In this document: one piece after another, positions 24,371-37,957 of the stretch | Layout of the letters: every line of letters starts with the position of its first letter | How positions within the stretch are numbered: the stretch's first letter is position 1 | Assembly (NCBI RefSeq): GCF_006345805.1 | Contig: NC_043012.1 | Span: 52,700,001-52,764,000, forward strand | Source of the DNA: Octopus sinensis | Lineage: Eukaryota | DNA length: 64,000 nucleotides | Direction: 5' to 3' | The notes under the pieces: model-generated | The model's database searches: none | Seen by the model: only the letters and a program-made list of their open reading frames with translations | Told to the model about the DNA's origin: nothing | Translations under genes and position numbers: made by a program

Positions 24371-24610
24371 TAGTAGCTGTATATCACTGTAATCGCACGC
24401 TACTGTCAGGGAACAAAGTTCTACTAGAGGTGCTACGACTGGAAATATGATGAGATGGTCATGGCTGGAATATCGTTGGTCAATAATCTGCTCGATCAGG
24501 GAGCAGATTTTACAAGGCAAAAGGAAGTGATCAAAACTAAGTGCTTTGGTCCTGCATGAAATAAGATAATTTACTCTGGTTTCTTTGGCGTGTAATAACC
24601 ATGGAAAATA

Positions 24611-24662
<52 letters not shown>

Positions 24663-24667
<5 letters not shown>

Positions 24668-24959
24668 CGTGATCACCGTGACCGTCCAGGCTATCAGATG
24701 TTGCTACACATCGCTGGTCACAATGCGCTTTGCATTGTTTTAGCCTTCAAATGACACCACCCCGCTGGCTAAGCGAGCAGGCCCACAGAAGAAAGAGTGA
24801 GAGAAAGTTGTAGCGAAAGAGTACAGCAGGGATCGCCACTACTCCCTGCCGGTGCCTCGTGGAGCTTTAGGTGTTTTCGCTCAATAACCACTCACAACGC
24901 CCGGTCTGGGAATCGAAACCGCGAGTCCGCTGCCCCAACCACTGGGCCATTGCGTCTCC
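24663..24959 (-). mobile_element. tRNA-derived SINE, head/body D + tail Y
   Basis: Head shared with 55331-55635; tail (ATTGTGACCAGCGATGTGTAGCAACATCTGATAGCCTG) shared with 32154-32431. Confidence 0.8.
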
Positions 24960-25569
24960 ATATATATGTGTGTGAGTGTGTGTGTGTGTGCGTGTGTGTG
25001 TGGCCAATCTTTTATCACTAAACAGGCAATTATTAAAATAACTGTCCTTAGCTCACGAGGTCTAACAATACCGATATATATTCGGAGTTGGCATTCGTAC
25101 TTATCAAGATCAGATTAATGTAGTGTTGGGCATTGAGTTAATGTTTGTTTCTTCTCCACGAGTAAGCGCCATTTATTAATTCATTAGAATTTTCTTCTCT
25201 CGCTAATTGCTTGTAATTCAATCTTTTGACATCATATTCATCAATCTGTTTGTTACTCCTCTGCGGTATCAACTACTGCTGAGTTATCTAGGTCAGAATA
25301 TTGTTTCAAATTTTGGCGCAATGCTATCGGTTTTAGGGAGACGTTTTGGACGATTATATCGAGCTCAATGCCGTCAATTTTAGGGAGAAGATTTGGACGA
25401 ATATATTGACTTGTACTCATTTTATCAACTCCCGAAAAGATGAAGGAAAATTCAACCTTAACAGGATTTAAACTGAGACCGAAACGAGCCAAAATAAATA
25501 CCACTAAGCATTTTCCCAACGCGCATACGGCTCTGCTAGCCCGCGGCCTTGATCTAGCTGAGAATAAGG

Positions 25570-26218
25570 GTTTCATATTTTGGCAAAAGGCCAACAATTT
25601 GGGTGGCGGGGAGTACGTCGATTAGCTTAACCTCCCCCCACTATTGCTCAACTGGCTTTAATTTATCGATCCAGAAAACACGAAAAGCATAGCGGATCTC
25701 AGCGGAATTTGAACTCAGAACGTAAAGATGGGCGAAATGCCGCTAAGCATTTTGCTTAGCGGCATTTCGCCCGTTGTGCTACCGAATCTGCCAGCTCGCC
25801 GCCTTAAAGAATTTTATCTTAGAACATAAAGACGGATGAAATGCCGTTAAGCATTTGCCTGGAGTGCTAACGATTCTACCAGTTTGCCGCCTTAAAGGTA
25901 AAGTCGACCTCAGCGGAATTTGAACTCAGAACGCAAAGATGGACGAAAAGCTGCTTAGATTTTTACCCGGCCTGCTAACGATTCTTATTTCTTTGCTGCT
26001 CACAAGGGGCTACACACAGAAGGGACAAACAAGGACAAACAACGGATTAAGTCGATTATATCGACCCAGTGCGTAACTGGTACTTATTTAGTCGACCCCG
26101 AAAGAATGAAAGGCAAAGTCGACCTCGGCGGAATGTGAACTCAGAACGTAGCGACAGACGAAATATTGCTAAGCATTTCGCCCGGCGCGCTAACGTTTCT
26201 GCCAGCTTACTGCCTTAG
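25570..26218 (-). mobile_element. Tandem cluster of SINE family A copies
   Basis: Several head-to-tail partial copies; includes a perfect hairpin at 25730-25772. Confidence 0.85.
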
Positions 26219-27397
26219 AGTCCAGCTTAGAATATTAAGAAATGATAAATAGTGTTGTTGTTCTGTTGTCTGACCTGTCTCCTGCCTGAAAGAGCGAACT
26301 GCTGATCAAACGAGTCCCAGAAATAACTAACTCATCACTTGTGGCGTCTGTTTTTTTCTTTTTTTTTTCTTACTTACAGTATATATAGAAACACATTATT
26401 CAATTTGTGTTTCCGTTTTAAAATTATAGAGTTTGGCTTGATGGATATTTGGCTGCTATTTCTACCACTTCAAGCAACCACTTAGAGATTTCCTCATTGA
26501 AGATTTAAGAGAACAACGTATTCTTAAATTTTATTTTACCTGTTATTTTTTCCTTAAAGTTTCATTAGTATATCTTGAAATATTCTAATGTTCTAATATT
26601 ACCAATATTCTTATATTCCGATAATCCAATATAATGCAAAACTTTAGCAAAAACTTTCTTCTTTAATCAGTATTAAATTTTTATATTACTTTTTAATTCT
26701 GTCCTCTTTTTGCTTTTCTTGTTTTGTTTTGTTTTTTGTTGTTTTTTTTTTTTGTTTTTTGTAATAAATGAGAAAAGCGTTTCAAAGAGGAGCCGTGAAG
26801 AAACGAAAAGAAAAAAAGGAAAGAAAGCAATTGAAAAAAAAACGAACGACAGAAGAAAGGAAAGAAAAAAGGAAGGCAAAGAAAGAAGCGATATGACAAA
26901 CTTAAAAGGAGAGAAATGAAATATACGAAGATCAGAAAAGAAAAGAAATTAGAAAATAATAATAAAATAGAAAAGAATATAGCGAAGAAATCAGAAAGAG
27001 TTAGAAAAATCAAGAAAGAATATGGTAGTATAATGAAATACAGAAAAGAATATAAACGAAGAAAGATAGCTAGCTAGAAAGCGTTTGGTGTAATGTAGGC
27101 TCAAGATTGGTCGGTTTCATGTTTAAGCAAGAGAAGTATTGAAAATTATCAGATTAAGCAGTATAGCTATAGTTAACTGTGATAGAACGGAAATTTTTCC
27201 CCAATCGAGTAATTGGAGCAAAAACCCTGACAAGAAAGGAGTAAACTTAGTTAAGAATTACCAACTTCAAAGAAAAAACAAAAGATTTCTCTGAAGGAAG
27301 AAGGGTGTGTGTGGAAGGAAACACAATGCTTTTAAAGATAAACAAATGAAGCATCGAAAAATTTATATTAACTTATTATTGTTCTTGATATTATTGC

Positions 27398-27470
<73 letters not shown>

Positions 27471-28169
27471 TACATTACTCTTATTATCATTAGTATTTTC
27501 TTCTTTTTTTTAATGACTTAGTCTCAGACAAATCTCTTGGTAGTTCAATAAATATTGCCAGCGCAGTCAGTCCTCTGTTAACCGCCAAACTCCCTAAGGG
27601 TATGACCTGCATATTCACGAAAACTATCCAATTATTTCTTGTCTCTTCAAGAAAAGCGATAAGTGCTATAGTTGTATCGCATTGAATATATTCACCCTGG
27701 CAACTATTCCTGACCGTATTGGACAAGTAATAGTAAGATAATGAACTATACTTAGGAACAATGATGGAGACACACCCCAAGGACTTCAGGATAAATATAG
27801 TCGGAAGACAATGAGACAAAGGACGAAAGAAAAAGAAAATAAGATGAAGAAAAGACAGACAATCAAGTTGGATAAATATGAATGAAATATTATATTATTA
27901 TAAATAAGAATTCCTTTTTTTAATTCTACTTATTGCTGTTCTCTAAAATATAATTCTTGAAAACCTTAAGACAAATCCTCTTCTTTCATTCTAGAACTAT
28001 CGCAAAAGATTTTATTTTTTATTGAATAAAATAATACTTAGTGTGACATATGGTTTGTTGATGGTCCCTTATAGTTTAAGAGAGAGAAATAAAATGTTAT
28101 GTCGTCTATGGCTTTCTAAATAGATTATGAAAGTGAAATGAAGTCGATCGCTGCATGGAGGACTGCGAG

Positions 28170-28479
28170 TTTGACGTTTAAGGTTCAGTCGTTGTTTGAG
28201 GTTGACGTTTAAGGTTCAGCCGTTGTTTGAGGTTGACGTTTAAGGTTCAGGCGTTGTTTGAGGTTGACGTTTAAGGTTCAGCCGTTGTTTGAGGTTGACG
28301 TTTACGGTTCAGTCGCTGTTTGAGGTTGACGTTTAAGGTTCAGTCGCTGTTTGAGGTTGACGTTTACGGTTCAGTCGTTGTTTGAGGTTGACGTTTACGG
28401 TTCAGTCGTTGTTTGAGGTTGACGTTTAAGGTTCAGCCGTTGTTTGAGGTTGACGTTTACGGTTCAGTCGTTGTTTGAG
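28170..28479 (+). repeat. 31-bp minisatellite, 10 copies
   Basis: Unit GTTGACGTTTA(A/C)GGTTCAG(T/C/G)CG(T/C)TGTTTGAG, contiguous with no spacers. Confidence 0.97.
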
Positions 28480-29164
28480 GTCATTTCGTTTCAAAAAGAG
28501 ACATCGTAAGACGGAATGCCATATAAGAAGGTTATAGTTGGTTAACTGTGTAGATCCAAGTCACTCACGATCTGTCTGACTAATGATCAAAGTTGTTCCA
28601 ACTGTGACCCCTCGCACATTGTTTTCTTTCCTTCGGCAGATTTGGCCAGATCAGCTGGCAACCAAGATTTTGCCAGGACTGACTCTCAGTTTGGTTTTGT
28701 GATGGAAAACAGTACGCTTAGCAAATGTAGTGGCAGATGCACTTTGCCGGTCACACAGCTCCTTTACAGCCAGAGTGCCCGTCGGTGCTAATCAAACACC
28801 ATAAATTCCACACTTTTTTCAGTTTTACGATCTGGCTTGAAATGCGTGGTGCCTATCGTGAGTATTCTGGGGCGACGCCGAATTTGATAAATGGCATTTA
28901 GTTGAGACCAATGTCTGTCACGAGTATTTGCAAGGATATGCCTACTAAACGGTGTCCATACTTTGGAGAGTGCAATCATCATTTTAGTTGCCACTTCCGA
29001 GTTAGGATATTTTTGTACACCATATAGATGATTGAGATAAGGAATTCACAGCAATGTGGGTCCACCACGGGTGGTAATTGCAGCTGCGTCAATAACAGCA
29101 GGGATAATGACAGTAACAGCGATACAACAACGGCAATAACAACAACAATACCTTGGGTACTATA

Positions 29165-29410
29165 GAGTAAGATAGCATTTAAAGGAACAACAGCATCACC
29201 ATTTCCATCACTAATATAAATAACAACACTAAGGCAAGCAAGCTGGCAAAATGTTTAGCGGCATTTCGTCCCTCTTTTGTTCTGAGTTCAACTTTCACTG
29301 AAGTCGACTTTACTTTTCGTCCTTTCGGTTTCGATAAAATAAGTACCAGTACAGCACCGGGGTCGAAATAATCGACGTACCCAACCCCGAAATTGCTGTC
29401 GTTGTGCCAA
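29165..29410 (-). repeat. Inverted duplicate of 23110-23354 (SINE A2 fragment plus unique flank)
   Basis: The unique flank TTTATATTAGTGATGGAAATGGTGATGCTGTTGTTCCTTTAAATGCTAT is shared. Confidence 0.9.
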
Positions 29411-29784
29411 ATTTTAAAAAATGTTAGCAACGCTAACAGCGACGGGCAAATATGAGAACCTCGGCGAAGTTCGCTAATCTGCTAGATATAACAGCCAAAT
29501 ACCCCTCAAATCACGTCCTACTGTATCAAATAAGAAATGACACATTGGATAACGTAGTCCGGTTTATAGAACAAAACATGGAATAGTTACTTCTATAATG
29601 TACTTGAGCACATTTCTGCACGAATAAATTCGGTGGAGTCAGACAACAATAACATTACTACCAAGAAAAGGGGTGTTTTTGTCCGAGCCACAATCTTCTG
29701 AACTAAAAATCTGCTCGAACAGAAGCAAAGAAATACGATTTTAGCGCAGTCTCAGTCGAGTTGAGGAAACGAATCTTTCCATGT

Positions 29785-30192
29785 CGCAGGCGTGGCTGTG
29801 TGGTAAGAAGCTTGTTCCCCAACAACACAGTTCAGGATGGCTTCAGTCACACTGCATGGCATCTTGGGAAGTTGTCTTCTACAGTAGCCACGGGCCGACG
29901 AAAGTCTTGGCAGTACATTTGGTTGACAGAAACTGAAAGAAGATCTGGCAGAATGTGCCAGCGGCGAGCTGGCAGAATTGTTAGCACACCGGGCGAAATG
30001 CGTAGCCCTATTCCGTCCGTCTTTACGTTCTGAGTTCAAATTCCGCCGAGGTCGACTTTGCCTTTCATCCTTTCGGGATAAATAAATTAAGTACCAGTTA
30101 CGCACTGGGGTCGATATAATCGACTTAATCCGTTTATCTGCCCTTGTTTGTCCCTTCTGTGTGTAGCCCCTTGAGGGCAATAAAGAAATAGG
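29785..30192 (+). mobile_element. SINE B head fragment followed by a full SINE A1
   Basis: CGCAGGCGTGGCTGTGTGG.. then GGCGAGCTGGCAGAATTGTTAGCAC..AATAAAGAAATAG. Confidence 0.8.
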
Positions 30193-30364
30193 AAACTGAA
30201 AGAAGATCACCGTTTGTATATGTGTGCGTGCGTGTGAGTGTGTGCGTGTGCGTGCGTGTGGCTGATAAAGAATGAAAATAGAATCAAAATAAACATACAC
30301 GCACAATGCTGCCTCAATCCAATTCTTCTTAAGAAAGTGAGAAGGGAAAAGTGGAGACAGATGA

Positions 30365-30660
30365 CCATACTCTTCAAGAACCACGTCCTAACTTTTTCTG
30401 GGGGTGTGGCAAGGAGCCGGATCTTGTTGCCACACATATGGCAATACTCTCCAGCAATACTCTGTTTGACCACAGTCTCTAGCATATTCTCATATCCGCC
30501 TGAATTGAGCCTAAGGCCCTTTTCAATAATGCGGGGCGGCATGACATCACATTCACTGCAGACGTACCCAAAGATCATCAGAGTTCACGCTGGCCACGAC
30601 TTCGTAGTCACATTCGCAGCTGTCCATGTCACGTCTTACAACCATTACAATGTTTACAGA
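30365..30660 (-). pseudogene. Tc1/mariner (maT/DD37D-like) transposase central relic
   Basis: MIFGYVCSECDVMPPRIIEKGLRLNSGGYENMLETVVK, then after a frameshift PYVWQQDPAPCHTPRKS*. Confidence 0.8.
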
Positions 30661-31603
30661 GTGTTAAGAAGCAGTCATGTGGTCGGCATTTTGATATTCG
30701 GTGCCAAACAGCATGATGTAGTTAATTCTTTTCCAAAATTCAGATGGCTTCCAGTGCTCCAATGTCAGCTAAATTTTTCTCAACTGCAACTCGAATCGTT
30801 ATGCTCTCCAACGTTGACTGTTCACCAATACATCAAGCTGTTTCTGGAAAAAGGAGATAAAACAAATTGTAAAATTTAGCCCGAATGCCCTTTACGTGTG
30901 GATCTGTGGCTATAAAAAAATGACAAAAGCCCAAAGTGCCACGCAGTAGGATTGAATCTGGAACGTCATGGTTACAAACCCATCTTATTAAACATTCGGC
31001 CATATTGCGCTTGCCTACCTCTACACACACACACACACATACACACACAAACACACACACACACACATACACACACACACACAAGTCCTCATATTTTCCG
31101 GCATGTATACATACATTGTGATTTATTCATCTTGACAAATGATCGCTGTCTCCTCTTGCTTCCTCGTTGCCAGTGGCATTTCTGACTTTCCATCCATGAC
31201 ACCTAAGATGACTATTCAGCATTGTTGCACATATGCATTGTTTGAAGCATCATAGAGTGACAGCTGAAATTTGTAACTTAATGACCGCTGGCAACCAGTT
31301 AGTCCTGCACACATCACCACTCTTCCATCGCCATAGGACTTTCAATAAATGGGATGACAAATGAGGTCAACACAAAGAAACATCTGTACATCACTAGAAT
31401 ATGATAAACATACATAAATACATACATACACAGAATCATACATACATACAAACATACATAGATAAATTCATACAAATATACATACATGTGTACGTACATA
31501 TATGCATACATACATACAAACACATACATGCATACATATATACATACATGCGTACATACATATATGCATACATACACAAACATATATATACATACATACA
31601 AAC

Positions 31604-31647
<44 letters not shown>

Positions 31648-32153
31648 GCACGGAAATATTCCCAAAAATACAACTATTATATTTTCGTACAATGTCCACC
31701 AAACTGCTCAATAAATCCGAATATGGTATCAAATTCCATCAATTAAGTGTTATAATATAATATAATACAATACAATGTAATATACTATAATACAAGGCAC
31801 ATAATGTACTATAATATGATATAATGTATTGTTATGCAAGCGAAATGACACTTGAAAATAAAACAGGTATCATATTAAAATATATGTTTATACTATGGAC
31901 ATAAAGCTATGTTACTCGCAAAAATATGCGCATAATAAATAAATATATACACAGGTTGCAGCCACCATCAGATGCCAAAGCGGACAGTATATGAAAATTG
32001 CCAATTGATGTGACGTGGTAGTTAACATAAACTGGAACAGTAATATATCATAAACCGCTGAAATGTCGTAATTTCAAATTATGTCTATCTAGTTGTAAAG
32101 CATTGCAGCTGTGTTGTATATGTTCATGTGTGCGTACGTTTGTGTGTGCGTGT

Positions 32154-32431
32154 GAGAAGCGTGGCCAAGTGACCAGGGTGTTGCATTCACGATCGTGAGT
32201 TCGTGGTTTCAATTCGCAGTGTGGCTCTGCGTTGTTTTTCATGAGCACAATTCTTCACTTAACTATGTTCCAGTCCATTCGTCTGTAAATTGGTAATCTT
32301 TCGACAGTCTGAGGTTTCGTTCACGCAGAATATTGGCCAGCGGGGTAGCATCATTTTACAGCTAAACAATGTGAAGTACATTGTGACCAGCGTTGTATAA
32401 CAACATCTGATAGTCTGAATGATACCGTGAT
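32154..32431 (+). mobile_element. tRNA-derived SINE, head/body E + tail Y (diverged)
   Basis: Head aligns with 46411-46670 (reverse complement); tail aligns with 24663-24959 (reverse complement). Confidence 0.7.
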
Positions 32432-32450
32432 ATATATATATGTATACACT

Positions 32451-32555
<105 letters not shown>

Positions 32556-33307
32556 TCATATATATATATATATATATATACGTATATTGGAGCCACGAAG
32601 GACCCGTCGTGCGAAAGCTAGTCGATCCTACAGCCTTATGATCGTGAGCTGAATGCCCTAATCACTAATTCATGAAGCAATACACTATAAACTAGGAGGG
32701 AGAGTCTACACAAAAGGAGGGGCTGCTTTCTTTTCAATGCACTTGGTCCAGTGGTCCACAAGCTTGCGCATTACCTTCAAGAAGAAGGTTTCAGAACAAA
32801 GCTGCTCTTTGTTCTTCTTTGGTGCAAATTGCTAGTGGAGCGGCCATGCTTACACTGTAAAGCCAGAACGGAAAATGATACGATAAACCTCAAACTTAGA
32901 TCAAATGACCACATTAGTACCAACTATAAGCACGCATGTGCAGAAGGTAATGGGACAATAATAAAAAATCTGTTATGGCGAAAGGGCGGATAATTGTTGA
33001 CCTCCCCTCGTAGACTAGAAACCCTTAGACAAGTATTGCACGTTCAGGAATTGAAATCCCAATAAAGGTCAATCAAGCAATATTATTTTATGGCATAATT
33101 TTTAGAACAAAATCACCATAAGCCAAGAAATTTATATAAAAGGAGTTCAATCCTACCCCTATAACAACTTCAGTTTCAATGAAAGACACCTTAGAATCAC
33201 GAGAACACAAGATTCTCAGTAAACTATCATATCAAGCGTACATATGAAACATCAGCTGCTAACAGATGTGTGTGCGTTTGCGTATGTGTGTGTACCAGTG
33301 CGTGTAG

Positions 33308-33355
<48 letters not shown>

Positions 33356-33417
33356 ATTCCTGTATGTATATATATATTTATATGTATGTGTGCATGCATG
33401 TATGTGCATATATATAT

Positions 33418-33681
33418 ATGATGAATGACTTGAAATTAGCACCCATGAAACGATCGTAGTGATATATTAATTATATTTTTTTAATAATTTTGTTATATAT
33501 TTAAATAATATAAATTAAAAAATCTTATGTATTGGCTTAAGTTTTTCATTGTATGATTTGCCTAATAGTGGTTTTGTCTCTAATTTAGTATAATATAATA
33601 TAATATTTTATTATAAAATTGGATTCAATCCTAAATCTGATTTTTCCCTGTAAGTTTGGATTTATTCCCTAATATTTATTA

Positions 33682-33690
<9 letters not shown>
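33418..33690 (+). mobile_element. Penelope-like 3' fragment with a 5'-truncated hammerhead relic
   Basis: ATGATGA-ATG..CAT-GAAAC-GATC-GTA at 33418-33458; the AT-rich tail TTTTTCCCTGTAAGTTTGGATTTATTCCCTAA also occurs at about 37885-37922. Confidence 0.55.
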
Positions 33691-33753
<63 letters not shown>

Positions 33754-34610
33754 TACTACCTATATGTTTGTCAGTATTTTTGTATATCTGTTTGTGTCAA
33801 TGTATGTATGTATGTATGTGTGTATTGGAGAAGGTAAGAGAAAGAGAGAGACAGACTGACAGACAGACATACTATAAAATTTAGAGTTGTTGAAAGGTAA
33901 AACAGGATTTGCATAGGTGACTGATGGAGATGAGAAATGATCAAAAGACTCGAGGAAGAACGACGCTGAAACAGAAAGAAGAAACTTTTAAAATAATTAT
34001 ATATGAACTGGTCGAATATATTTATGGAAGCTGAAATAATTGAGAAACAAGACAACAACGAACATTGTAGTGAAGACGAGAGGAAACAATACAAAACCTT
34101 CAGCATTTTTCTTCGCAGCCATTCGGAATAGACAAATAATATAAATAATATGAGACGACAATATATAAAGAGCTTCCTTGCAGACTGGCATTTATCATTT
34201 TTAGATTTGTTTCATCTCAGCTTTGTTTTTGTTTTTTGTTTTTGTCTGGCTTTGTATAACTTTTTTTTTTTTTGCTGCCAATGTCTACACACATCCAATA
34301 AAACACCTCAGTAGTTTGTTGTCAATTGGTTCTGAGCGTATAACCGCTGTCTGTCACACCTTTAGAGATAATTGCTCACCAGCCAGCACACGGATAAATA
34401 CATACGTGCACTGACCTACACATACATATAGGCACGTATGCACGCATACACACGTACACAGACACATACATACACACGCATAGAAATACGGAAAGAGAGA
34501 GAAGGGGCGGAGCAGGAGCAGGAGAAGAAGAAGCAGACGAAGAAGACGATGAAGATGATGACGACGACGATGATGATGATAATGATGATGATAACGACAA
34601 CAACGACGAC

Positions 34611-34644
<34 letters not shown>

Positions 34645-34963
34645 AAGGAGGAAGAGGAGGAGGACTGTAAGGCAGCCATACGGGCAGAGAGTAAATGTTA
34701 GTTAAATTACAAGTGAAAATAGAGGAAGAAACGAAGAAAGCGACAGGCGTGGCGGAGGGAGACCCGGGGAAATAAACATGGACGTCAGACAAACGTGTAT
34801 TTACATATTCCATCAAAATAAAATACATGCTCTTCCATTGATATATTGCTCAAAATATATATCCAAACTTCTAGGTTCATTGAACTTCTATCGTCATTTT
34901 GTATTCAAAACCATTTTTTAACAGAGATCTATGAGAAAAAGTGATAAATATTTCTAATGTGTT

Positions 34964-36015
34964 TAAGGCGGAGGGCTGGCAGAATCGTTAGCACGCCGAG
35001 CGAAATGCTTAACAGTATTTCGTCTGCCGTTACGTTCTGAGTTCAAATTCTGCCGAGGCCAGTTTTGCATTTCATCCTTTCGGAGTCGATAAATTAAGTA
35101 CCAGTTACGCACTGGGGTCGATGTAATCGACTTAATCGTTTGTCTGTCCTTGTTTGTCCCCTCTACGTTTAGCCCGTTGTGGACAATAAAGAAATAAGAA
35201 ACGTTACTATGTTGTGGAAAATACTTAGCAGCCTTTCGTCAATCTTCATGCTCCGAGTTCAAATTCTGCCGAGGTCGACTTTGCATTTCATCCTTTCGGG
35301 ATCGATAAATTAAGTACCAGTTACTCACTGGGGTCGATATAATCGACTTAATCCGTCTGTCTGTCCTTGTTTGTCTCCTCTGTGTTTAGCCCCTTGTGGG
35401 TAGTAAAGAAATAGGTATTTCGTCTGCCGTTACGTTCTGAGTTCAAATTCCGCTGAGGCAAACTTTGCCTTTCATCCTTTCGGGATCGATAAATTAAGTA
35501 CCAATTACGCACTGGGGTCGATGTAATCGACTTAATCCGTTTGACTGCCCTTGTTTGTTCCCTCTATGCTTCGCCCCTTGTGGGTAGTAAAGAAATAAGA
35601 ATCGTTAATACGTTGCCCAAAGTACTTAGCAGCATTTCGTCAATCTTCATGTTCTGAGTTTAAATTCCCACGTGGTTGACTTTGTCTTTCATCTTTTCGG
35701 GTTCGATGAAATAATGTACCAGTTGTGCAACCAATTTAACCTCTCCTCTGAAATCGCTGGCCTTGTGCCCAAATTTGAAATCAATATCTCTTATGTCCTT
35801 AAAGCTGAGAGTTGGCAGAATCGTTAGCAGGCTGGGTAAAATGCTTAGCGGTATTTCGTCTGCCGCTATGTTCTGAGTTCAAATTCCACCTATGCCGACT
35901 TTGCCTTCCATCTTTCTGGATCGATAAAATAACTAGCAGTTGAGTGCTGGTATCGATATAATCGACTTAACGACTTCCATGAAATTGCAGGCCTTGTGCA
36001 AAAATTCGAAATCAA
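34964..36015 (+). mobile_element. Tandem array of about 5 SINE family A units
   Basis: Repeated GAGTTCAAATTC..GTCGATAAATTAAGTACCAG..GTGGGTAGTAAAGAAATA blocks. Confidence 0.9.
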
Positions 36016-36042
36016 TATATCTAAAGTGTTGATTTGCCTTAT

Positions 36043-36320
36043 TCTTTGTAAGCCTAGTACTTATTGTATCAGTCACTTTTGCCGAACCGCTAAGTTACGG
36101 GGACGTAAACACACCAGCATCGGTTGTCAAGCGATGTTGAGGGCACAAACACAGACACACAAACGCATACACATACACACTCACATATACATATACATAT
36201 ATACGACGGGCTTCTTTCAGTTTCCGTCTACCAAATCCACTCAGAAGGCTTTGGTCAGCCCGAGGCTATAGTAGAAGACACTTGCCCAAGTTGCCACGCA
36301 GTGGGACTGAACCCGGAACC
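36043..36320 (-). mobile_element. SINE family B, truncated into (TA)n
   Basis: Family B body with internal CA/TA run. Confidence 0.85.
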
Positions 36321-36321
36321 A

Positions 36322-36386
<65 letters not shown>

Positions 36387-36405
36387 TATATATAAATATA
36401 TAGAT

Positions 36406-36467
<62 letters not shown>

Positions 36468-37237
36468 ATTATATATATATTATATATATATATTATATAT
36501 ATATATATATGTATGTATATATATATATATATAATATATATATATTATATATATATATATATATATGTATGTATATATACGTGTGTGTGTGTACATGTAT
36601 GCATATGCACATGTATACATATAAATACATACATTAGCATACGTAAACTCACACATACACACGCACATACACACACATTTACACACACCCGTATCCATAT
36701 ACACAAACATACAGTCTATTCCATTAACCTCTATTAATTTTGTTTTTAAATTTTTCATAAAATTGTATTTTATGTATTTGCAATTTGTATAGTCATTTTC
36801 CCTAGTGCATCTTTTAAATATTATAATGTTTAAAGATTTCAGTACTTAGAATAATGTTTTTTTGCTACATTATATTTTTAATTCCGTCTTCCTTTCGTTA
36901 TTTAAATGAGTTTGGTAATTAGCAGGACACTTTTAATGGAGAAATATGTTGAGCATAATGCATGTAACGGTCATCTGTCTAAATGTCTTTTGGTATATTA
37001 AGAACTTCGAGAATAAGTGATGCCAGATGTATGAATTGCTTTGAAGTGTTTTCTCAGTAGCGAGTTGTGGTAAAAAATACTGGCTTCCTAACCACATTGT
37101 GCCGGGTTCAGTCCTTCTACGTTACACCTTGGCAAGCGTCTTCTACAATAGACTCGGGCATACCAGAATTTCGTGAATGGATTTGGTAGACAGAAATTGA
37201 AAGAAGCCCTTCGTACATATATATATATATATATATA

Positions 37238-37325
<88 letters not shown>

Positions 37326-37508
37326 CATATATATAATATAAATTATGTATATATAATATAATTTAAATTATATATATATATATATTTAATATATATACAT
37401 TATATAATATAATATAAATTATATTATATAATATATATATATAATATAAATTATATATACATATATAATATAATATAAATTATATATACATATATATAAT
37501 GTAATATA

Positions 37509-37546
<38 letters not shown>

Positions 37547-37684
37547 TAATATAATATAATATAATAAATATAATATAAATTTATATAAATAAGGATAAGA
37601 TTAATATTTAAAATACCGATCTTATCAGGTGGCCAGCATGGGAATAAAATCCTTTCAAAGGTAATAATTATTTAAAATTATAAG

Positions 37685-37834
37685 TTAGGGTATCTAAAAG
37701 ATGCCGCCACGCTTGAAATAGCAGTCAAAACTTGATCTAAAACCACACAAAATGTTCATACACCTGCTGTATGAATATTTAATGTGGTTTCTGACTGCTA
37801 TTTCCAGCGTGGTAGTGTCTCTTAAATACCCTAA
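37685..37834. mobile_element. ~150-bp foldback MITE-like element
   Basis: TAGGGTATCTAAAAGATGCCGCCACGCTTGAAATAGCAGTC pairs imperfectly with GACTGCTATTTCCAGCGTGGTAGTGTCTCTTAAATACCCTA. Confidence 0.6.
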
Positions 37835-37919
37835 ATTATAATTTTATATATATATATATATATTAAATTAGATTTAATCCTAACTCTAATTTTTCCCTGT
37901 AAGTTTGGATTTATTCCCT

Positions 37920-37957
<38 letters not shown>

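Noticed and set aside
27490-27819. 109-aa minus-strand ORF
   Set aside because: No recognisable motif and no convincing splice context.
28170-28479. CRISPR-like array (31-bp repeats)
   Set aside because: Repeats are contiguous with no spacers, there are no cas genes, and the context is eukaryotic.
30238-30879. 213-aa plus-strand ORF
   Set aside because: It is the antisense reading of the decayed maT-like transposase.
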